Source: an uncultured Acidimicrobiaceae bacterium (lineage in GTDB: Bacteria > Actinomycetota > Acidimicrobiia > Acidimicrobiales > RAAP-2). Taken from it: a stretch of 64,000 bases of DNA. Of the stretch, positions 19,670 to 28,433 are shown one piece after another. Every line of letters starts with the position of its first letter. Position 1 is the first letter of the stretch. The position numbers and the translations under genes are program-made. The DNA lies in the NCBI GenBank assembly GCA_963808355.1, contig CAWEFL010000003.1:112153-176152 (forward strand), in the 5' to 3' direction. The notes under the pieces are model-generated. The model saw nothing but the letters and a program-made list of their open reading frames with translations, was not told the DNA's origin and did no database searches.

Positions 19670-20353
19670 ATGGACGTCCAGGCTGACGAAACGGGTGTGC
19701 TGGCCGACCCCTCGCCGACACTCGCCACCGGCAAGCCCGCCACGCCGGCACCGGGCGCTTCCCGGCCGGTCCACCCCCAGCAGGGCAGCTTCTTCCAGGA
19801 CGATCCCTACCCCACCTTCGCGGACACCAATCCGACCCCGATGGTGCCACGAGAGCCGACGCATCGGCGCCCCGCCGGCTCTCGTGGGCTCCGCATCGCC
19901 GTGGTCGTTGCGGCACTCGCAGTGGCCGCGGCCGGGGCCGCGCTGGCTCTCGTCGAGACCGGCGTCATCAGCACGATCGGGAGCACCAAAGGGCAGACCA
20001 CGGCACCGCGGGTGCCGCCCAGCACCCACCGCACCGCGTCACCCAAGACGTCGCTCCTGACGCCGGCCGGCATTGGGGCGACGAGCGCGACCTACACGGT
20101 GGACGCCCCGGCGTACGGCCTGACGATCGTCACGTCCACCGGCCGCTCCTGGGTCAGCGTCGGAATCGTGGGACAGAAGCCGATCTTCGCCGGCATCTTG
20201 CAGCCGAACTCTTCGCAGAAGGTAACCCTTCCGGGGCCGGCGCAGCTCGATATCGGAGCGGGCGGCACCAGCGTGATCGTCAGCTCGAACCGGCGGACCC
20301 AGACCCTCAAACCGCCGGTCGCGCCGTTCAGCTATCAGTTCACTCCGCGCTGA
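19670..20353 (+). CDS. membrane-anchored protein with RodZ-type C-terminal domain (DUF4115-like)
   Basis: Pro-rich N-terminus, one TM span (LRIAVVVAALAVAAAGAALALV), then the pattern ...GRSWVSVGIVGQKPIFAGILQPNSSQKVTLPGPAQLDIGAGGTSVIVSSN. Confidence 0.6.
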   Translation: MDVQADETGVLADPSPTLATGKPATPAPGASRPVHPQQGSFFQDDPYPTFADTNPTPMVPREPTHRRPAGSRGLRIAVVVAALAVAAAGAALALVETGVISTIGSTKGQTTAPRVPPSTHRTASPKTSLLTPAGIGATSATYTVDAPAYGLTIVTSTGRSWVSVGIVGQKPIFAGILQPNSSQKVTLPGPAQLDIGAGGTSVIVSSNRRTQTLKPPVAPFSYQFTPR

Positions 20354-20377
20354 ACCGGACTGACCGACCGACGGGAC

Positions 20378-20738
20378 CTACCCTGCAGCATCCTCCGCCC
20401 GGAGGATGCAGAACTCGTTGCCCTCGGGGTCGGCAAGCACGACCCACTGACGCCCGGCTTCCCCTGCTGTCCGACGTCGACCTCGTCGCCCCGACGCTCG
20501 CATCGGGCGACCTCGGGCCTGGTCGTCCGGCCGCAGATCGAGGATCCGGTTCTTCACCGCCTTGGCTTCGGGGACCCGCGGGAACAACAGCCCGGTCGCG
20601 CCGCCACCACCGGGTGGTGAGACCGAGAAGTCACCATCCTCGTCGACGCGTCCTCCACCCGAGGACGTCGGCCCACCACCGGCCGATGCGTTCGGGATCC
20701 GCGGCGTCGATGGCGATCCACTGGAGTCTGACGCTCAT
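20378..20738 (-). pseudogene. VOC/glyoxalase-fold protein, 1-3 frameshifts
   Basis: MSVRLQWIAIDAADPERIGRWWADVLGW, then VDEDGDFSVSPPGGG...RILDLRPDD ... WVVLADPEGNEFCILR in another frame (switch near 20640). A probable compensating pair lies near 20510 and 20445. Confidence 0.65.
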
Positions 20739-20806
20739 GCCGACCAGCCTGCTCCGCTCGGCGCCTGCGTGGGACATTCCCCCCTCAGCCGGCTCCGTGA
20801 TCCTGC

Positions 20807-21674
20807 TCACACGGGAGCGCGCGACGGATCGGCCAGGCCGGCACTGGGGGCCGGAGCCGTCTGCTCTGGCAAGAGGAGCACGCCCCCGACCAGGAAACAC
20901 ACGGCACCCACGAACGTTCCCAAGTTCGTCAGACGCGAGGCTCACGAGCTGTCCGTTTGGCTCGACATAGGACGCGACGGCCGAGACTCCGAAGGCAACG
21001 GAGCCGACCAGGTTGAGGAACGTGATCCACCACGACAGACGACTCGGACGCCAGGCGAAGGCACCGTGGCATTCTTCGGCCCACGCCAACCAGCTCGAGA
21101 CGAGAAAGCAGACCGACCCCAGGGCGTCGGGTCTCCATACGGGGTGACGTGCGGACGAGGCGCCGAGCCCGACGACCAGCGCGCTCAGCGTCGTCCGATT
21201 GAACCAGAGGGTGCCGACGAACTGGATCAGACACGCCCACCAGTCGATCCGATGATGCTGCACGACCAACAACCGCCCCAGGCCGGACTGGCGGGCACCA
21301 CCGAGCGAGGTGGGGGCCCGTGTGGCCTCGTCGTATTGGAGAAGCGCGGCCAGCGTGAAGAAGATGGAGCCAATGAAGTAGGTCAGATTGTCCGGCGTCA
21401 CGCCCACCGCGGTGGCATACGACGGGAACGAGCCCGTTGCGAAGCAGGCCGACCCCACGGCGAACAGCACACCGATCCACCACGCGAGTCGACGCGGCGC
21501 CCACCAGGGCGAACGTGCTGGAACACCCGCGGCGTGCTTGCGGTGCCACCTTGATTCCCACGCGGCGTGAACGCCCCCAGGTCGCGAGAACACCTCACAT
21601 GTGACGAAGGGCCCCAGTCCGTGTTCGTCAGACCGCGTCCAGGAGTCGGGGATGCGCAGGTAGCCAGTGCCCAT
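20807..21674 (-). pseudogene. hypothetical polytopic membrane protein, one frameshift near C-terminus
   Basis: Several hydrophobic spans (WWIGVLFAVGSACFATG, YFIGSIFFTLAALLQY, WWACLIQFVGTLWF, WWITFLNLVGSVAFGV). The last span NLGTFVGAVCFLVGGVLLLPE is in another frame (switch near 20930). Family not recognised. Confidence 0.45.
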
Positions 21675-21778
21675 CGCTGGTCAGGTTACGGACCCCAACA
21701 CTTCAAGCAATGTTTCTCCCGTCTCAGTTGGGAAACCGCGGCGAATGCACTGCCGCTGGGGGATATGGTCTTCTTCTC

Positions 21779-22244
21779 ATGACCATCCTGATCGTGGCCA
21801 CCGACGGTTCGGACTTGGCAATCCACGCCGCCTCAGTCGGCCTTTCGTTGACGAAGCGAGCGGACAAGCTGCTCGTTGTCTGCGCCGTGGACCTCGTTGA
21901 GCCTTTCGAGGACGCCACGGGTCATGCCGCACCTACCATTACCGTCGAACAAGCCGAAGCAAGCAATCGCGAACGCGAAGGCCGAGGGCGACGCCGCTGT
22001 CGCGGCAACTGCCGAGGCGTTGCTGGATATGGATTACGCGCCTGGGCAGGTCGAAACGCTCGTGGTCGGGGGGCATGGTGGTCCCGCGCTTTGTCGATTG
22101 GCGGCCGAGGTCGGCGCGGCGGCGGTCATCGTCGGATCACGCGGCCGAGGCGGCCTCAAGCGCGCACTCCTGGGCTCAGTGTCGGACTACATCGTCCGCA
22201 ATGCACCCTGCTCAGTCATCGTGTCGAGAGAGTGGGAATCATGA
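21779..22244 (+). pseudogene. universal stress protein (UspA family), one frameshift
   Basis: MTILIVATDGSDLA..., then after a switch near 21935 ...GGPALCRLAAEVGAAAVIVGSRGRGGLKRALLGSVSDYIVRNAPCSVIVS (the G-2x-G-9x-G(S/T) ATP motif). Confidence 0.75.
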
Positions 22245-22498
22245 CGGTCTGGGGGTCGAGGGTCGCCACAGGCCGACCGTGGTCGAGCTGTTGACTCTTA
22301 CCGTCCCTGGCGCGGGCATGACCCCCGGGATACGGGCGGGCGTCAGAATCCAAGATCAGCGCGTGCAGACGGTTCCGAAATCGTCACTGCCCATCTGGGG
22401 CGAGAACAGCCGGGTCACTTGCCGCCTGCGATGACGCGACGCCCGGCCGAGGTGCGTGACAACAACGCTCGGGTGGAAGGTCGCGTGGCGAGTTCGAA

Positions 22499-24836
22499 TT
22501 GTTGATCGACGACCAGACGGCGCCCGTCGCGCGCCTCCAAGCCTCGGGTGACGAGGCGGGCACCGCGCCCGAGGACCGACGGTTCCGCCCCGACGTCCAG
22601 GGCTTGCGGGCCGTCGCCGTCACGCTCGTCTTGTTGTTCCACGCCCACGTCCCGGGCATGGGCGGGGGCTACGTGGGGGTGGACGTCTTCTTCGTGATCT
22701 CGGGCTTCGTGATCACCGGCGTCCTGCTCCGAGAGCGGACCTCGACGGCCAAGACGTCGATTGCGGGCTTCTACGCCCGGCGGGTCCGGCGCATCATCCC
22801 CGCCGCCACCTTGGTCATCGTCGTCGCCGTCGTGGCCTCCTATGTCGTGCTCGGCCCCTTGGGGGGCGCGCAGAGCGCGGGCGATGCCCGGTGGGCCTCG
22901 TTCTTCTTGATCAACGTGCATTTCGCCAGCACGGGCACGAACTACCTGGCGTCCCTCCTGCCGCCCTCGGTCCTGCAGAACTACTGGTCGCTCGCCGTCG
23001 AAGAACAGTTCTACCTGGTCTATCCCACCATCTTCCTCGTCGTGGCGGGTTTGTCGTTGCGGGTGTCTTTGCGCCGGCGCCTCGCCATCGTGCTCGGCGC
23101 CGCGGTGGTGGCCTCGTTCGCCCTCTCGGTCGTCGAGACCTCTTCGAACCAGACGGCGGCGTACTTTTCGACCTTCCCGCGGGTGTGGGAACTCGCCCTC
23201 GGCGGCCTCGTCGCCCTCGCGACCACCAGCCTGCGGCGCCTGCCCGCTTCGCTCGCGGCGGCGATGTCGTGGGGCGGACTCGGCCTCGTCGTCGTCGCCG
23301 CCGTCACCTTTTCGTCGTCGACGCCGTACCCCGGCTCGGCGGTCGCCCTGCCCGTCGTGGGCGCCGCCCTGGTCATCGCCGGTGGCGTCGCTCACGCCGC
23401 GCTACGGGGCCGAGTGCGTCCTGCGTCTGCGGCCGTGCCAATGGGTCGGGCTCATTTCGTACTCTTTGTACCTTTGGCACTGGCCCGTGCTCACCATCGC
23501 CGCCGAGCACAGCGCCAGCGGCTCGCTCTCGGTCTGGGACGCCCTGGGCTGGGAGCTCGTCTCGGCGGTGCTGGCGGTGCTCACCTACCGCTTGCTCGAG
23601 AACCCGATCCGCCACAATCGCTTCCTCATCTCGAGGCGCTGGGCGAGTCTGGCGCTCGGTGGGTGCCTCATCGTCTCGAGCTTCACGCTGGCCACGGTCG
23701 AACTCCACGCACACGGAACGGGAACGATCGCGACGCCTGGCCTCGCCGGTCGCGGGACAGGCGCTGCGTGTCCGCCGGTTCCGCACCAGGAATTGCAGTC
23801 GTTGGAAGGAGTCGGTCCCCGCACCAGCCACCGGATCGTCGCCCGGATCCTGGTCGTGGGCGACTCAACCGCGTGCACCATGCTGCCCGGGCTCGAAGCC
23901 GTCGCAGCCCCGGCCGGCGTGGCCATTGAAGATGGAACGGTGCTCGGCTGCGGCGTCGTGAGCGGCGAGATCGCCCCCGCGTTCACCGATGGCCGGAACG
24001 TCAACGCCTCCACACGAACGTGCCGGCAACGCGCCATAGCCGCAGAAGATCGAGCTCTGCGTTCTGGACCTCCAAATGTCGTGCTGTGGGCGAGCACATG
24101 GGAACGTGATGCGCTCGCAGTGGGGTCCGGCAACCAAACGGCCGTCGTCCAAGGGTCCGCTCAGTGGTACGCAGTCCTGACGCAACGGATGGATGCCCGC
24201 GTGCGACAGTTCACGGGAACGGGTGCAACTGTGGTGATGCTGACCCAACCCCCCTTCTACGACGGGGGCAACCCATCGAGCCCGACTCCGGGCGACTTCG
24301 ACTTCGAACGTTTGAACTCCCTGATCAATCAGTTTGCGTCGCACACTCCCGACGTGAGAGTGGTCAATCTCGCCGCACGGGTGTGTCCCTCCGGGCCTCC
24401 ATGCCCTCTCGGTGTGGGCAACGTCTGGGTCCGGGGAGACGGCGCGCACTACACGAGCCAGGGCTCGCTCTGGGTGGCGCGATGGCTCATGCCACAACTC
24501 GGCATCAAAGCCCTCCAGAGACCGCTGACTCCGTTGCCACTGATTACGATGGTCGAGCCCAAGGACGGCGTGACCGTCACCGGTTCTACACCGCTTGTTG
24601 CGACCTCACCGTTCGGTTTTGGCGTCGCCAAGGTCGAGTTCCAAGCCACTGGAACGGCGATCGGCAAGGTGGTCATCGGACGCGCGGCCTTGCAGGATGG
24701 CCAGGATGGCCTTTGGGCCCTGTACTGGAACACGACCGACGTACCCCCGGGCACCTACGAGGTGCGAGCGATTGCCTATGACTCAGCCGGCGACCGCAGC
24801 GTGAGTAAAGAGGCGGCGGTACGGGTGAGGCACTGA
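22499..24836 (+). pseudogene. OafA/YrhL-type acyltransferase-3 + SGNH hydrolase + C-terminal Ig-like domain, one frameshift
   Basis: AT3 core (FRPDVQGLRAVAV, VDVFFVISGFVITG, NYWSLAVEEQFY, LISYSLYLWHWP). SGNH block I is VVGDSTACTM and block V is GDGAHYT. The C-terminal approx. 95 aa are Ig-like (GVAKVEFQATG...WNTTDVPPGTYEVRAIAYDSAGD). The switch is near 23395. Alignment to the paralogue fixes the junction. Confidence 0.8.
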
Positions 24837-24874
24837 AAGGCTCCAGCGGCGGGTCCTGACGTTCTCCCATACCG

Positions 24875-24950
24875 CGCCCCGAGAGAGATTCGAACCACGA
24901 CCCTCTTGCGAACATGGCGACGCGCCACGGTCGGATCCTTGGTTCGGGGC
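24875..24950 (-). other. tRNA-like relic (76 nt), not a functional cloverleaf
   Basis: Minus-strand sequence GCCCCGA...GGTTCGAATC...TCGGGGC-G. It has a perfect 7-bp acceptor-type complementarity and a canonical T-loop motif at tRNA spacing, but the D, anticodon and T stems do not pair. Confidence 0.4.
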
Positions 24951-25133
24951 TCGGCCCGTTTGATGACGTGCAACAGATCCTTGGGGATTTTGCTCGGGAA
25001 CCTGTCAACGGCCATGGTCCCCCCGCACCCGACCGGCCGACGCTGCGGAGACAACGTAGAGTCCGGTTCGTGAGCAACCGTCTCCGGACCTCACGGCCAT
25101 GCAACCGCTGACTCGAGGCAGTGAGACCCGGGC

Positions 25134-27237
25134 GTGACGGTCATCACAACCGATCGCTACACGGCTTCGGGAGACGAAGCCGGCACCGCACCAGGCGACC
25201 GTGCGTTCCGGCCGGACGTCCAAGGACTCCGCGCTATCGCAATCCTTCTGGTGGTTCTGTATCACGCTGACGTGCCGGGCATCACGGGGGGATTCGTGGG
25301 CGTCGACGTCTTTTTCGTGATCTCGGGGTTCGTGATCACAGGCCTCCTCCTAAGGCAACGTGCGACGACCGGACGGACGTCGGTGGTGCGGTTCTACGGC
25401 CGCCGTGCCCGACGGATCATCCCTGCGGCGAGCTTGGTCATCGTCGTCACTGTCGTCGCCGCCTATCACTTCTTGGGCCCACTCACCGGGCAAGGGACCG
25501 CGGTCGACGGCAAATGGGCCGCGCTGTTCCTCGCGAATTTCCATTTCGCAGCATCCTCGACCAATTACCTCGCCTCCCAGCAACCACCTTCTGCCTTGCA
25601 GAACTATTGGTCGTTGGCCGTCGAGGAACAGTTCTACATCATCTATCCGACGCTGTTCCTGGTCACCGCCCATGTGGCTCGCCGGATGTCGTTGCGAACC
25701 CGCCTCACCGTCGTGCTGATGGTCGTCATCGCCGCTTCGTATGCGTACTCGATCATATTGACCCCAACGAATGCGCCCCTTGCCTTCTTCTCGCCGTTCA
25801 CCCACGCGTGGGAACTCGCTCTCGGTGGACTCATCGCGGTGTCTAGCCCCAGCCTGCAACGCCTCCCTCAGTGGGTGGCCGCGATGTCATCATGGGTGGG
25901 GATCGCAGCGATCGTCCTCGCGAGCGTGACGCTGACGTCTGCAACCGTCTATCCGGGGACGCTGGTCATTTTGCCGGTCGTTGGCGCCGGCCTGATCATC
26001 GCTGGGGGTGTGGCCCAGCCGGCATGGGGCGCTGAGCAGCTGCTCCGCCTGAAGCCATTTCAACTGCTCGGTCTCATCTCGTACTCGTTGTACCTGTGGC
26101 ATTGGCCAATCCTGATCATCGCGACGCAACGGCGCGGGGTTGCCAGCCTGCCTGTCTGGGACAACGTGGGCCTGCTTGTGGTTGCGACGGCAGCGGCCTC
26201 GGTGACCTACCTCGCCCTCGAGAACCCCGTGCGCCACTCTCGGTCCCTACGCGGGCGGCGGTGGGCGAGCATTGCCCTCGGCTTGTGCCTCATCGCCGGG
26301 ACCGTCGTGGTCACCACCTACGAGCAGCACAGGACGACCGTCGATCTCGGCCCCCTCGGAGCTGCCCAGACTGGTTCGGCCTGCCCCGTGATGCCATCGA
26401 CCGTCGCCCATCTGAAGACTGGGTACCTCAAGGGCCACGGGCGTGCGGTGCAGTCGTCGAGCAGCCAGGACATATCGGTGGTTGCGATCGGTGATTCAAC
26501 CACGTGCACGCTGCTGCAAGGTCTTGAGACAGTAGGACCCTTTTATGGCCTTCAATTTCACAGCGGCAGCGTGATCGGGTGTGGCATTGTCAGTGGTCAG
26601 GCACCCCCTGCTTACTATTACGGACAGAACCTCGCTGCGGGCTCGAGAAACTGCCAAGGCGAAGCCGATCGTGTCGAGGAATACGCCCTCGACAAATATG
26701 CCCCACGCCTTATCGTATGGGGAAGCACAGATGAGCGGGAATTCGATCGAGGTCAGCACCGCGAATGGAAGCAAGGCCCTGGTGTCGGGAACAGCTCAGT
26801 GGGCGTCAACAATGGAGGCGCGCATCAATACGAGGATCGACAGCCTTCTCGCAGCCGGCACCAAGATCATTCTTCTTTTGGAACCACCTGCAGTTCATTT
26901 TGATCACGGCATCGACTCGGGTGACCTGGCGTACGAGCGAATGAACGCGTTGCTCCGACAGGCTGCAGCCAGGCATCCGGGTAACGTCGGCATCGTGGAT
27001 CTCGATGTTCGGGTCTGCCCATCGGGACCTCCTTGTCCGTACCAGGTGCCGGGCTTCAACCCGTTGACGCCACATTCCCCCAGATACGACTGCGGAGGCA
27101 TCACCACGTCCGTCCCTTGTACCGCGACCCTTCGAACTGACGGACTCCACTACCGCCCCGTGGGATCGGTCTGGGTCGCCGAGTGGCTAGTACCGAGACT
27201 CGCTGCGGAAGCAAAGGTGCTCTTAGACGGAAAGTGA
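25134..27237 (+). pseudogene. second OafA-type acyltransferase-3 + SGNH protein (no Ig-like tail), one frameshift
   Basis: Same AT3 motifs as 22499-24836. SGNH has AIGDSTTCTL and TDGLHYR. The switch is near 26745 (...LIVWGSTDER then NSIEVSTANGSKALVSGTAQW...). G+C and third-position G+C are visibly lower than in copy 1. Confidence 0.8.
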
Positions 27238-27424
27238 CGACTTGCCGAGCGGGAGCTCTGCTAACCACGGCCGGCGGCCGCTCTTTCGTTTGCCAAATCT
27301 CGGACCGGCGCGAGGCCACATTCCTGCTGCGTTCTGGCCAAGAAAAGGCCAGCCCTGGGGCTGAGGATCCTCCGCCCGCTCCGAAACGACGGTCGACGAG
27401 ACCTGCGGATCCAGGTTTGGGGTG

Positions 27425-28228
27425 CTACCAGTCGAGCTGAAGAACCCCACGCATCGCCGACTCGAAATCATCGTAACTCGCACCTTGACGGCTCGCTGCG
27501 ATCAGCTCGGCGTCGGCACCGACGGGCAGACGAAGCGGACGGTGCTCTTCTTCCATCGCATCGCAGATCTTCGTCGCCACGAGCTCGGGACCCGGTGCCG
27601 GACCTTCGCCGCCAAGAACAGCGATGGCGCCCTCCCACAACTTGGCCAGCTCTGCGTAGGGTCCTGGTCGGCCACGCAGGTCGACCATGTTGTCCCCGAA
27701 GCGCGTCGCAATCGCGCCCGGCTCGACCACGAGCACCCGGACGCCGAAATGGCCGACCTCTAGGTGCAGGGATTCCGACAGCGCCTCGAGCGCGAACTTG
27801 GTCGCCGAGTAGAACCCGGCCAAAGGAGCGCCTGCGATTCCCGAAACGGAGCTGACATTCACGATCGTGCCCGAACCCCGCTCCCGCATGGCAGGGACGA
27901 ATGCCTGGATCATGCGCGCCGCGCCGAAGAAGTTCGTCTCGAAGGCCCGGCGGACCTCGACGAGGGGGACTTCCTCTACTGGTCCGTCGATCCCGAAGCC
28001 CGCGTTGTTCACCAGGATGTCGACCGGGCCGACCGTGGCGCGAGCATCGGCCACGGACTCATCGGAATCGACGTCGAGGGTCAAGGTACGCGCGACGGCC
28101 AGATCCGCGATCGACTGGTGCCGTCGTGCGGTGGCGACGACCTCGTAGCCGCGTGCGGTCAGCTCCAGGGCGGTTGCCCTCCCAATACCACTTGAACATC
28201 CGGTCACGATTGCGCTCTTGTTTGCCAT
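27425..28228 (-). CDS. SDR family oxidoreductase
   Basis: Intact 267 aa with AIVTGCSSGIGRATA, NNAG, YSATKFAL. Confidence 0.85.
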   Translation of the reverse strand: MANKSAIVTGCSSGIGRATALELTARGYEVVATARRHQSIADLAVARTLTLDVDSDESVADARATVGPVDILVNNAGFGIDGPVEEVPLVEVRRAFETNFFGAARMIQAFVPAMRERGSGTIVNVSSVSGIAGAPLAGFYSATKFALEALSESLHLEVGHFGVRVLVVEPGAIATRFGDNMVDLRGRPGPYAELAKLWEGAIAVLGGEGPAPGPELVATKICDAMEEEHRPLRLPVGADAELIAASRQGASYDDFESAMRGVLQLDW

Positions 28229-28433
28229 GCGGCTCGTCTAGCCCCAGAGGGCGAGCGCTGTCAACGCGCATTCCCATATGGTCCTGGCCTGGTGGCATCG
28301 ACCACTGTGTTGCCCAGCAGCAGACGAGGACCGCCTGAACCGCCTGATCCACAGCTATCTGGATATCTCTCGAGCGAGCGGCGCCTTTGATCCTCGATTG
28401 GCGCTCCGACAGGCTGAAGGCGGCGACGGGGCC

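Noticed and set aside
24875-24950. Possible functional tRNA between the acyltransferase genes.
   Set aside because: The acceptor pairing and T-loop motif are present, but the D, anticodon and T stems do not pair. I report it only as a relic.
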